Assembly (NCBI GenBank): GCA_964035545.1
Contig: OZ037767.1
Location: 5,658,707 to 5,722,706, forward strand
Source of the DNA: Bugula neritina
Lineage: Eukaryota; Animalia; Bryozoa
Reading direction: 5' to 3'
DNA length: 64,000 bases
A program made the translations under genes and the position numbers. The notes below the pieces were generated by a model. It did no database searches, was not told the DNA's origin, and worked only from the letters and a program-made list of their open reading frames with translations. This document shows positions 48,501 to 61,900 of the stretch, piece after piece. The number at the start of each line of letters is the position of its first letter. Within the stretch, counting starts at the first letter, position 1.

Positions 48501-51500
48501 AACTTTCAGCCGCTCCTTACACTTGCCAAGCTGTCTGCTGCACACCATGTTGTCATGCTTCAGTTGCTTATTCTCCCTCCTAAATTAAACATATAGTGTC
48601 AAATAGCATGGTGGTCTAGCGGCTAGAGCACTGCCTAGTAAAAACTAGGTTAGTGGTTCGAATCTCAATGAATGTCATTGGTGATGTTAGGAAGGGCATT
48701 CAGTCATAATTGCTCCTTTGCCACAACAGAAAATAGCCTGCTTAAAAAAAACCTTTTTATCAGGGGTTCCCATAGAGATGGCGACTAAAAACTCATGTGA
48801 ACGAGTATTGAACAGCCGGACTTATTGTAAAAAATGTTACCTCACAGTATTAAAAATATAATTATCCAGGTGAAACTATAAAGTATCGAGGACATATGGC
48901 TGGAGTGTTACCACACAATACTTACCTATATTTTGTAGACAAGTTCTCGATGATATCAGCCTGAGAGTGACATTCTTGTTTCAGCTGTTCCACGACACTG
49001 TTTTGTGCCACATACATGTTCTCCATCTCATTCAGCTGTTTACCTGCAAATATTCAACACCTCTACCTGTATTATAAAAAGGTAAGATAAATCCAAACTG
49101 CACATTAAATGCCTCTAACATCTAATAACCATACTATAGAAAATCTATACTATACTATATCAATCATAAAAAAGGGAGATGAAGAGAAGATAAATTTAAA
49201 CTTAGATAATATTTGATAGTTTAAAGGCTTCTGTTTTGCACTGCTTCCAAATTCCAGTCATAACAATATTCCTCGTTGAATTAATCGTTAATAAAAGAAA
49301 TCAAGATAGCATTTAGCCTTAGAACTCACTGTATCTAGCCTCAGTATCTGTGATAACCCTCTGCAGCTCATCCTCTCTGTTTTCTAACTTCCGGGTCAAA
49401 GAATGAAGCTCACCATTACGAGATCTGTCGACGTTATTAAAGGCCATCTTTGCCTGGTTTAGCTGAAGTTAAAGTTATATTTTCAAACCCAACATATATG
49501 ATTACATCAAAATAACATACAAACAAAGCTACATATGAGAACACATTATACTATATATTCACGTTAGATGCACGTTATAAAATATAAATATATTAAAAAA
49601 TAAAATGCAATTCATAATTCAGTAAGAATGTAACAAATAGTGACATATAATTGTATTGGCTGTAGTAATTTATATTTCTACTCTATAACAGGAAGTACCA
49701 CTAGGGTAGATAAAGCATTAATTCAATAAAACACAAGTCTTATTAGACACAAGGCTAAATAATCACGAGACCACAAGACAAAATAGAATATGAAACAAAA
49801 AAATTGAATATTTTAAAATCACAGCACATCAAGTTTTCACAGCGATATGTGATAACATAATATATAGTGGACAATGGTTTCTAATATTTTATTCAATAGT
49901 AAACAAGAGTTGTCTTTTTTATATACAAAATGCATGTGATTGCAAAGGGAAACCAGCTGCCAACATCAAATGCGTTGGCATGGAACCAAAAACATTTCTA
50001 CACATCCAAATTACATAAATTAAACCAATAACACTGACTAGAGTTATTATTTAAATAATGCACTTTGGATGTTCCACAACTCATAAACTGGTGATTATAA
50101 TTAACTACTTGTGCTTCATGATTACACAAAACCAAATTTCTTGCGATTGCTATACTTCAAAAAAAGATAGCTCCAAAAAAGATCTTAGAAGCTTTTTCCA
50201 ACACAAATACTTGCAATCTAATACATAAACAAACTATAGAAAACAGCAGAACTGAAATTAAATCATTTTAGCAGTTGAGTAGTTCAACACACCTGCTTCT
50301 CAAGATCTTGGTTAAACTTGGTCAGCTTTACGCTTTCCTCTCTCGACTGTATTACATCTCTCTCTGCAGCATCCAAACGGTTTCTAACATCTTCCAACTC
50401 TTTCTTGACACGTAGTATAGACTACAATAGGCGTTGTATGTCTTTACAGCATTGATACATACAGTTGAGAGAAGTGGCTTATTACTTCATCGGTAAACAT
50501 GAGGGCATAACTCCCAACACAGCTAGACTGGCACTTCATATCACACAGAGTTATGAGATTACCAAGCAACTAGTCCGTAGATCCAACCCATTACAATGAG
50601 AGGTGGGCATCTATATAACTTTTATATCGTTGACAAACTGACAAACATGCAGCAACTTTTTGACCAAATTTCGCAAGAGCTGAAAAGATGTATTTCTGAA
50701 CTTAATCCGCTTTTAGATAACACTTTACCTCATCTTTAACCTGCTCCACCTTTATAATTCTATTTCTAAGTTTGTTCTTCTCTTCTACAGCCATGTCTCT
50801 CTCACATGCTAGCTGTGTAAGATCTATCCTTCTACCAGTGGTGCTCTATTGTAGTAGAAATATTACATGAATACATTGTATAGATGCATTGCTATACGTC
50901 GTGCGGATGTGTTGGAATAAACTTGGCGGGTTTTCTGTACATGAGGTTTTTCACTAGTTTGTAGTCATGACAGATATTCATGAGCTTATAACAGTAAGTT
51001 AACCAGCTAACTAGTAACTACATGCAATATCAATAAGGAGCAGCCGCGATTTGGGGGTTAGACTGTTAGAGCGTTGGATTAGTAAACACAAAGTCAGTGG
51101 TTTAATTCCCAGTAAAGGTCATTGATGATGTTATGAAGAGCATCCAGTCATAATTGCTCCTGTGCCATATATGAATAAGTCTTTAGCTTAATGTAACAAA
51201 AACCCTTTCTATTGAAGGTTTCTCACAGGGATGGTGACTATAAACCTGCGTGAGCTTTTTTTACATACAATGCCAATGACTGGAGAGTAGATCTTAGTTA
51301 TCAGTAACCACAAACAACTGCTAGTTAGTAGTTAGCAGCGAATATTTAACAGTCAATAGTTAAAAGACAACAACTCCGAGCTAATAACTATTCAGTAACA
51401 GAGAAAAAGTAGAAACTAGCAGTGAGTGAATTAACATATAGTTATATATAATGAATGACTAGTAGTAGTCGCAGTTACTAACTACTAACTAACTAGTAGC

Positions 51501-54500
51501 AAGTATTGATGATAGAGCTAGTAGTAGAGTAACTTAGTAACTAGTGTGTTATATTCACCTCTACCATGCTACTCTGGTATATTGCCAACTCATTCTTATG
51601 TTTCAGTAGTTCAGAACTTGCAGCATCCTTTTCTCTAAGAGTTCGCTCCAACTGAACCTATCAGAACAACAGGCTAAAAATATATTTCTATTTAGCAGGA
51701 ATACCTGTTTCATATTACTGTAATATATATTATGTTACTGTAATGTAATATTACATTGCTGTAATATCGTATTATATTGCTGTAATATAGTCTTTTTTAT
51801 TGTAATATAGTATTACACTACTGTAATATAATATTACGTTGCTGTAATATAGTATTATGTTGCTGTAATATAGTATTACGTTACTGTAATATAATATTAC
51901 GTTGCTGTAATATAGTATTACATTACTGTAATATAATATTACGTTGCTGCAATATAATATTACGTTGCTGTAATATAGTATTACTTTGCTGTAATATAGT
52001 ATTACACTACTGTAATATAGTATTACATTACTGTAATATAATATTACGTTGCTGTAATATAGTATTACACTACTGTAATATAGTATTACATTACTGTAAT
52101 ATAGTATTACGTTGCTGTAATATTATATTACGTTGCTGCAATATAATATTACGTTGCTGCAATATAATATTATGTTGCTGTAATATAGTATTATGTTGCT
52201 GTAATATAGTATTACACTACTGTAATATAGTATTACTTTGCTGTAATATAATATTACGTTGCTGTAATATAGTATTACACTACTGTAATATAATATTACG
52301 TTGCTGTAATATAGTCCGTGTACCTGGAGTTGGCTGTTACTCTCAGTAGTCTGTTTCAGCCTCCGTTCCATCTCGGATATTTCATTCTTGACTTCAGTTC
52401 TCGCCGACATTTTAGCATTCTTCAGAGTTGTCTTATGCTCATTAGTTAAAAGTTCACATCTTTGCTTCAGAGCGGATAACTCCTCGGCCATCTGCTCTCT
52501 CTCAAGTAACGCCTGGAAATCATAAATAAAGTTCCACAACTATAAATCTGGAGTAAAGTTTTTACACGAGAACTAAATGGAATCAACTTTCACATCACAA
52601 GTTTTCTACTATTACCATGTTTTACTTATTGGCGGCCATATTGTTTCCTCCGTAAAATATTGATGTGAATCACTAACAAACCTAAAAGTATGCACATGGT
52701 AGAACCATGGAACTGCAAGATAAAGCTACAGCATGCACACATCAAACCTATACTTCAACATAAACTATTCAACGTAATGGAGAATTAGCTAACTACATGA
52801 AAGCATCACATAACAATGGCACATAACATAATCTCCACTGTCACCCACAGTACAGATTCATCTCATCAGACCACAACTCTGCTCCTTACAACTGAGTAGT
52901 CTGAAACTGACCTGAGCTTTCTCCGTGTTAGCCTGTTCTGTGATCTGTATTCCGACCTTGACCTTCTCAACAGCCTGAAACTCTCGCTCCTGCATATCCA
53001 CCAGCTGCCTCTTGATGTTTGACAACGTCTCTATCATCTCATTCTTCTCTCTGAATAATTCATAACAGTGTTTATAAAATAGTGCACCTGTATATTATGT
53101 AGACAACGACGGTATTTATACTAATTCATAGAAGAAACTCCTTCTTAAAACATTGCGCTGCATAGCATTATTTATTATTACATATATTATATATAATATA
53201 TATAATATATGTAATATAATAGGTAATGTTTCCATAAGCTAAATGTTGAAGTTGCACTGTAAGAGATATCTACTGTATTAACTAACAATCTAATAATAAT
53301 TCATGTGTAGCCTTTCACACTTTGTATATCGTATTTAGTATTTAGTCAAAGTAACTTGAAGTCTAACTAATATTACATAACACAGATATCTATCTAGTAA
53401 TACATCATACACATATCTAGTAATATATGATACACATATGTAGAAATACACATTTCACACAAATGTGTGTACGTAATGACTGCATACTCGGTGAGCTGAT
53501 GTACTAAGGAAGTAGGATCGCAATGGGCGGCAATAATCCCCGCGTTCTGTCCACATCTCACACAAACTCCGCCTCCTTTTCTAGTGCCTGTCCTGTCAAA
53601 CTCAGAGAGTGATTCCTGAATGAGGAGTTTGGATTTGTGTTCTTCCACTTTTTGCTGGGCAGCATATAGCGCCTCTCTGTATGAAGGTAGTGCGTACAGA
53701 TTACTGGATCATATCAAATTAGTTTAGAAATTATAAATGCACCAAAAAAAACAATTTTTCCAACTCAAATACATGGGAAATCTAAGAACTGAAATTATTC
53801 CTATTGCTACATAAAAGTTGAACTTGTTAGGTGCATATAATTTAGCAATAATATAATAAAAATACTTTGTGGCTGCTAGCTGTTGCTCCATAATCTCAGT
53901 CTTAGATGTATGGAGAGCTTTCAATAGTTCAAGGTCATTGATATGCTTAGAGAGTGACTGCTTAGTGGCTGGTGATGATGTAGAGTCGTCTCCCTTACTC
54001 TTGTTCAGCGCATTCTATCAATAGAAAAGCAGGCATACTATCACAACTATAATATTAGTTGGATGTATATCAGTAAACACAGTAGGTCTCAAACTTGATG
54101 GTCATATATTGCAATGACAGATTTCTTGTACTACATTTACCAACCCTGAAGGTTGAAACTCTCACTAAAAGTATATGACGCTGAGATACTTCAGTCTTAT
54201 ATATCATCTAACAATATAGTATAGTGCTCCCTCCGTATCTCACTAACCGCAATTTGTGACATAGTAGAATACCAGATTTAACTGAAGGATCGTTAAATTT
54301 GACTAGTTTGTCCCTATACACACACACACATAAGCCATAAAAACAGGGAGTGTCGTGAGAAAGAGGATCTGGGAGCTATGAAGGGAGTACTGTACTTCTA
54401 ACACACGTAAGCATCTAAAGCATCAAGTCCAGAACAAACCTACAGTCCCCACTAAATCTAAACTTTGGTTTTATAAATTACCTTGAGATCATATTTATAA

Positions 54501-55515
54501 TCACGGTATATAAGACCAGCAGGTGAGACACACTAACTCATGCCATTCATATTATCTTTTATATAAGAACTGGAAAAGGTAATACTATTGTTGTCAACTG
54601 CTACATACCTGAAGGATGGCTGAGGTCTGTTGAGCAGCTCCCAGTCTGGAGTTCTCCTCCAGCAGGTCATTCAAATGAGTCTTGTAGGTGGCCAGTTCAC
54701 CCTGCGTGGTGAAACGTACACAGATAAGACATGGAATACATAACATGAAGCTTATATGCCCCCAGAGAAAAACTCAGGTTGTGTTTATACAATCCTTCAT
54801 CCCTGTAAAACCCCCAGATGGTGGAAGATTTTTAGATGACTTTCACTAAAATCTAACTCAATCTGCGATATCAAGTACAAGTTGTTTACACATGATAGAA
54901 TTAGCTTTGAGAGTTTACATAGTGACTTAATAAACTCATACTACTGTACCTGAGTAAACTTGAGCTCTGACTCAAGCTGCCGAATGTAAGCTGACTGGTG
55001 TTGGATGATGCCGACAGCTTCCTCTGGGTTGGGCAAAGGGCGACTAGCCGCTGACGGCGCAGGTCTATTATCCACTGGCTGCCATAACAAAAAGTCATCT
55101 CAGAAAAATGCATAAACTTGTTATTATAAAATTGATAACAAAAAAGTCATTCCAAATAACATTTTTTTATAATAAAAGACGCAGGTATCATTCGGTAATT
55201 GAGGCCTTCGTGCTTGTTGTTTGTATTATTTATGTCAAATACTCTACTAGTATGTCACCTGAAATAAATGAGAATTATTACAATTTCAAAACAAAACAAA
55301 AGGGATTAAACTTTATGGACCAACAGTTGCTATCCATATAAGTACCTCTTGCCATAAACTAGGATTGTGCTCTTGTAAGAGTTGCCTGAGTCCATCAACT
55401 GCGCCTCTGTTTCTCTCCGGTGAAGATTCCGGTACTCTTCTACCAGACGGTGAAACAGAAACTGGCCTTCGGTTCAGCTTTGGTCTCAAGGCTGCCAAAG
55501 AGCGGTGAGCTCTTT
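45538..55515 (-). CDS. SDCCAG8: Centrosomal coiled-coil protein, SDCCAG8 homologue; first coding exon unresolved (candidate donors near 55795 or 56758)
   Basis: 15 phase-consistent exons: 55515-55346, 55078-54950, 54701-54609, 54014-53866, 53676-53488, 53050-52912, 52512-52324, 51657-51559, 50845-50729, 50421-50293, 49462-49330, 49043-48926, 48579-48405, 46825-46710, 45652-45538. IIQHQSAYIRQLESELKF, GGVCVRCGQN and MQEREFQAVEKVK..ITEQANTEKAQAL match SDCCAG8 blocks as I recall them. Confidence 0.85.
47041..48204. repeat. Intronic minisatellite, 36-bp unit, about 32 copies
   Basis: Unit GTAGAATATATTAGA(G/A)AGTAGAGTATACTATACAGA, highly homogeneous. Confidence 0.97.
48607..48802 (+). mobile_element. 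tRNA-derived SINE
   Basis: A box GTGGTCTAGCGG, B box GGTTCGAATC, core GGAAGGGCATTCAGTCATAATTGCTCC and tail ATCAGGGGTTC..AGAGATGGCGACTA shared with other copies in the window. Confidence 0.8.
51036..51255 (+). mobile_element. tRNA-derived SINE (same family)
   Basis: Core GAAGAGCATCCAGTCATAATTGCTCC; tail TCTCACAGGGATGGTGACTATAA. Confidence 0.8.
51713..52314. repeat. Intronic minisatellite, 21-bp unit, about 28 copies
   Basis: Unit approximately TGTAATATAGTATTACGTTGC with several variants. Confidence 0.93.
54222..54392. mobile_element. Tc1/mariner-type MITE
   Basis: TIRs TAGTGCTCCCTCCGTATCTC / GAGCTATGAAGGGAGTACTG flanked by TA. Confidence 0.6.
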
Positions 55516-56199
55516 CTATAAAAATATATTTTTACTGCATAATTCAAAGTTTAATGAAGCCATTTTTATCACCTAAAAAGTACTAAATGGATATTGTCTG
55601 TAACTACACAACTAACAATAATATAACTACAGAAACTTTTAGAATAACATGTTTGTAGTAGATTACTTTTAGTTGCCATCATGACCTAAGCTTGAATATT
55701 AATAAGTCAGTTGATTTAAAAATAGTTTACAAATTAAATCATGCTTTAGCAATGTTAAGAAGTAATTAGTAAAAGTTGAATGTATATCAATATACCTTTG
55801 GTCATGACTCCATCAGTTACAATTTATCATGCATAACGTATATGCAAAATAATTGCACCAAAAATATATGTTGTTTTAGTTTGGGGTCAGTACACTTTAT
55901 CAAAATTGAATAAACTCATTGACTTTGACTCATTCATTGATTTTAAGTTTTACAATTACTACTAGTATTACTGTTTTATTTTTACTCTTAGTTTACCTAC
56001 CAGCTACGTTATTATCCAACTTATAACAACACTAATAGTTTATTGCTTAAGTTATTGAATGATTGATATGAGCACTAGACCTAGCTCTTACAGTTTGATT
56101 TAGCGGTACACCAACTGCAAGAATTTGAATATTACAATACAAACTAACTGGGATTCAAATCAAAGTGAATTTGACAGTCTGAGTATTAAAGAAACTATC

Positions 56200-56440
56200 A
56201 CTATAACATTCACTATGACTATGAGAATGACTGAATGAGTATCGTCATCAGTGATGAGTCCCACTATCAGTATCAGCATTGAGTATAAGTATGAGTATGA
56301 CAGTATGAGTATGAGTATTACTATTAATATCAGTATCACTATCAGTATGAGTATCCGTACTGCCTATGGCTATGCCTATTGAGTACTAGTACTATTATTA
56401 TAAGTATAACTATAACTATTACTATTAATATTAGTATTAC
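56200..56440. repeat. Degenerate hexamer repeat (ATGAGT/ACTATT)n
   Basis: Visible 6-bp periodicity. Confidence 0.75.
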
Positions 56441-58929
56441 ACTTTGGTTTAGTTTTAGTTTTACTAACCATGCTCTGGAGTTTTTGGTTGCATCAAAGAT
56501 GATGGCATGCTGGCCTTTAAGTTTAATGTTACAACTTATGTGCAAATAATTTACTGATAAACTCATCAAGTGATGTTTTCACAACTTCATTTCAAATTGA
56601 TTCTTATAAGGCTTGTAAGAAACGAATGAGCTGAAGTCTCCAGATTTCAATTAAACAAGCCATTTTCAAGTTGACAATTATTTTTAAATTGATGCTTTAG
56701 TCTGAGAGACACCGCTTATACGATAAATAAATATTCGCAAAAGTTTATGAATATATACCTGCGACTACTAAAAAACAAACACGCATAGTTCGCTACGTTC
56801 TGTCCTTCTAGTGGGAAAATAAAAATTGGAAGATAACTTCGAGGTTACAGCTAAAACGCGCATTTATGAATATCGAATTATACGCCAGCCAACAATATAT
56901 TATTTTTTATTTCTATAACTTGCAAAATGCAGCCATATTTCTGTATGAGTGTCACACAGTGACTGTGTATAATAATCATTTAGATTACAGTGAGTCTATT
57001 TATGCAGGGAACATATTACTTGTCTATAATAGAAAATAAAATGTTAGTCATTTATTCATAGAATATTACATTGCTGTGAGCGGACATGGGGAATTTTTCA
57101 CTATGATGAGTTGTACTGATGTGATTAGATCAGTCGTGCTGAATCAGTATAACTCAAGGTTGTGTACAGAAAACATGCCTCTACAAAAAAACTGATTGAT
57201 TATGGCAAACAGATGATTTAAAGACAAAATTTATCTGATCTTGTATATAAACATCCAAATTATAACATCAAGTCTGATTATGACAAGACATTGGGTGCAA
57301 GTCATCATATATAGTACGTTGTTATATAATATGAGCTTATGAACAGCAATTTTATAGCTTTTTACAACATTTTTTATACATATGTTCATCTTTTACATTT
57401 TGAGGAGGGTAGGTGCATGGGTTTGGAATATGTCTATACTCTTGTGTGTGTTTATAATCATAAGCTCCTTCCTAATTCTTTAAATTCAGTTCCAATAATT
57501 CCTTGATCAGACTTATACATTACATAGGCCATGCATTTTGCTCAACAGGCCTGCCAGTGTTAGATCCTAGGACCTTAGAAATGCATTAGTGCCCTTTGAG
57601 CTTTGTTATTGCGTGCCAAGTGGATGATTGCCATAATTAATATAGGTCAGCTAAGCCTATTTGAGGTTAGCCAATGATGCGCTGCTTAAATGCGCGTCGG
57701 CGATGGTACAATACGTGCAATTATAGTTGCATAACCTTATCACGGTCACGATGACAACGTCCCAGTGCACGTGTATGCCACTACGTTTTACTTCTAGCAT
57801 GATTATTTGCAGTAGACCTACTGAGACAAGAAGCTTCGTATAATATAGTGACTGTCAGCCACATGTAAGTGAGATCTTAGATTGATGGAAATTTAATCTA
57901 AATCCTTGTTGATAAGAAGATTTAGCAAACTTTTAAGGTAATGCTTTACCTTATAACAGATGACCTGAAATTTATTGCATCTGCATGCTGTTTTCTTGTT
58001 TAAATTTAAATAAATCAATTGCTTTGTCACATAATAAAAGCCATTATTAGATTGTACTTCTCAAGTATTAGAATTTAATTTATCCAAATATATAAGTCAT
58101 TAATTTTAGGCAGTTATAGTAAGCAATGATGAACATACTATTACATTATTATTACTAATATTTATATAATTATAATATTAATATAACATATTCCTGTAAG
58201 CTAATGCTATTGAAGTTTGAAGTATATTATAATTAAACTGGTATAACTATAAATTACAAGTATAATATTTATTTGCTTTTTTAGTTATTATTACTGTATT
58301 GTTTACACTTTTAACAGATTGTTTTTTGTTTAACTAGAGGTTTGAGATTATATGCTACAAAGAAGCTTTGGGTAAATTTGGTATGGATCAAAGTAATAAT
58401 AATGTACTTCTTTCCTATTTCATGTCATACTATTTGAACTAGTTTGATATTAGTGTGATACGTGAAAAATATGCTAGCAATTTTCATATGCCAGTTATAA
58501 ATTGCTTAGAATTTAAAATATTTGGTCTTGAATAAAGTTGAAATTCGAAGTTGGAAAATCCCAGGTTTTATTACAAAACAACTGTTTCAAGTCTTTTGTG
58601 TGTGTTCCTAGGTTAACAGGGTTGAAAGGTATATAACTGGTTGGTCCGTGACCCCACCTTTCCACTACACAGACTAATAACCCCCAATCTTTGTTGCTAT
58701 ATTCAATATTTTAATCAGAATTTTAGTGACAGTAAGTACTTGGTTTAATGATTGACATTATTACAAGTCATAACCTACAGGCTCTATAGTAATATAGGTG
58801 ATTATTTATCCAGTTTTCAATTCTCAAACCATTTCTGAAGATAGTAGAATGTTCATTCACCCATGATCAATTCAAATGCCATCTTGGGTCAGGGTATATA
58901 AACTATAAATATACCACTTCTCTCTTCAG

Positions 58930-61900
58930 ATGATGAACGACACAAGTGTAAGCCAATCACAGATGTCTTTAGTAGTTGCTGCAGAGGTGAAAGATAAGAA
59001 AGCTGAAGATGCAGGCAAACAGGTAAGTCATATTCTCTCACATACTAGTGAAGTAGCTGCTACCACCACTACTAGCGTACATCATATATACTAGTTCCAA
59101 CTCACATTGAGTATGTGCTATTCTGTTAGCTCCACATCTCATTCAACTTGTTATAATACTGAACACATAGCTGCAGTTTTAAACCTGCTTTTTGATACAC
59201 AGTGTAGACTAGTAAATTTACACATTTGTGAAATAGATGGGCTTATTGTTTGAGTCCCATAGGATAGATACTCAATGAACACTAATATAGAACTGTAGTA
59301 TTATTGCAGTATTGATGCAGGTCGATATTCAAATGTGTGGTATAGGGTTGGGGTGTAGAATCCAAGTGTTTCATTTCACAATCGGACCATTTCAAACTAC
59401 AAATATCAGCTAGAATTTTCGCTATTTAATGAAAAAAACTGCAACTCTGGGATAGGTGCAGTAGTGAAGAAAATAAGAAAAGCCTGTGTTCTAGATTAGT
59501 AGTAGACATGATTCCGTGGAACCTAAACATACTATGTTACTAAAATGGCAGTTTAGTTTACTTATATAAAATTTTGATTGTCATTAACATAATAATTTTG
59601 TTACTTGTATCCTCTACTGGTATGGATGTAGGGATATATAGCATGTATATTATCATTTAGTATTGTCAACTTGTGTTGTATGTAGGCAGATTTGGAGAAT
59701 GACAATGAAGGCAGTATGAAAAGAGCCAATAAAGTAAGTATTTGGCATTTGTTTTCATCGTCAGATGTAGATATACTCTAATTATTATTATAAAACGTTT
59801 ACTGGCTAATTAGTTGTGAATTTGTGACAATTGCAATCACCAGCATTCACTCCAATTTAGTTTTTTTCTTTTCTGATATATATGGACTGGGGCCATTGAA
59901 GTATTTTCATTTCCATTATATTTTGTTCACTTATCAAGTAAACCAAAATACATATCAAATTAGGTAAGAATTTAAGCCTAAAATCAGTATTTCGTCAACA
60001 ATTATTATGATACTTCCAGAAGGGCAGCTCAGACGAGTCTAAACAGCCAAAGATGGCTGACGAATCTTCTGCAACTGAGTCTTACAGATATGATGTGGTA
60101 CTCTGGCTGTTTGGAATGTTATTCTTCAGCCTTCTTGTCTCACTGATGTTTGGAATTGGTAAGTAGGCAGGTGTGGTGTGATCAAATAGACTTTACTTTA
60201 ACTCACTTTATCATTCTTGATCAACGAAATATAATAGATAATGGCCAAACCAAAGTCCGTGATAAAGAGCACGTTAATCAACTATGTGAATAGGAATGAT
60301 ACTCGTGCGCATACTCGTTCTATTATCACTTATAATTGCGCATTGAACTAAGTAATGGTTATGAAACGTGGTTGTATAACAATGCTGCGTGGAGTGTAAT
60401 GGGTGCCTTCATTGATCATATAACAAGTGACTAGGCAACGTAGAAGTTAGCTGAATGCATGTGTTATGTTTACCCAGTGTCAATGTTTCATAACCATTAA
60501 TGTTTTATGCTCAGCTTTTCAGTGTTGAAAAGGTCAAAATATCTGTGCAGCTATAAAATAGTGTAGTCTACAAATCTAGCAATTAATCATTATTTTGGTG
60601 ATGAATTGATATGAGGCCAGTAATTAGAACTTTGCATTATTTAGAGATATCATACAGTCATACAATTTGACATTACTCTAATAACAGGATGTGTTGATCC
60701 TCATCTCTGGTGGGTGTGTCAACACAGGTCAAGGTCAAATAGAGCACATGAGTTGAATCCAGTTTTCACTGTCGATAAACTATATGATGCTATACTATAT
60801 ATTATGGCTTACTAATTATTTAATAATTGTAATATATTATATAAATTGCTTAATACTTTAGCGAGATTTAGCATAGTCCTATACAGTGTGTAATATAACA
60901 CTAGGTATTGACTGATGGCGGCACATACTTATATTGCATCTTTGTTATCTGAAATGTATAAGAATGATAAATTGCATAATTTCCCAGATGCTACCCAATA
61001 TTATACAATGTGGTATTATCATAAGCTTATATAACCCTCAGCATTATTATCAGCTTGTGTAACTCTTCCCACCACCTTGAGTCGTGATTTTCATCAGTAA
61101 ACAACTACCTCTGTTATCTAAACGGACTTGTAGATGGTAATAATTCAATACCTTTATGTTCAGAGTGTTTAGTTTATATCCCAGTTTACTAGATGCTCAG
61201 TTCATTAAGATATAAACATCCATCCCTGCTGCAAACCTAGTTTCTAGTCAAGTGGCTTTACGCTGTAGCTCAGTGTTAATATAATATGATATAGTGTGTG
61301 TTGGTGTTGTATATTACTATATGTTAGTTATATGAGATAATATTATTATATGTCATATAATATCATGTCATGTAAAATGTCATGTAATATCATTTAATAT
61401 GTTGCATGATATACATAGTATTACATAGTATATAAAACAGGTTTTCTTTTAACAGTCAAAATAAATGCTTGTTTTATTTAATCCATCAATAAATCTCCAT
61501 CATCTTGTTTTTTAAAATTCATGTGTTAAATTTAGAATTATTGGTTCATGCTTATGCTACATATTCCTTCCTTCTACACTAAAGCAGTCCATATAATGTT
61601 CTCTTTTACCATCACATGTAGATAAAGTATGCGTTGAGTTAACTCTTCATAGCCTACTAAACTTCACTGTTGCAGGGTCAATCAGAGGGTGGGATGCAGA
61701 CTCGGCCTACAATCATAATATGTCAAACTCTTCAATGGAGAGATTTCTGCCAGAGCCATTTACACCAGAACCTGGTGTCTACAAGCGGTAAGAAATCTGT
61801 CACTTTCTGTTAGTACCACAATGCAATGCAATAGTTCTCATGGTGCAATGATGTCTTGGTCAATTTATAACCATGATCATTATAAAAAAAGAATAAGAAA

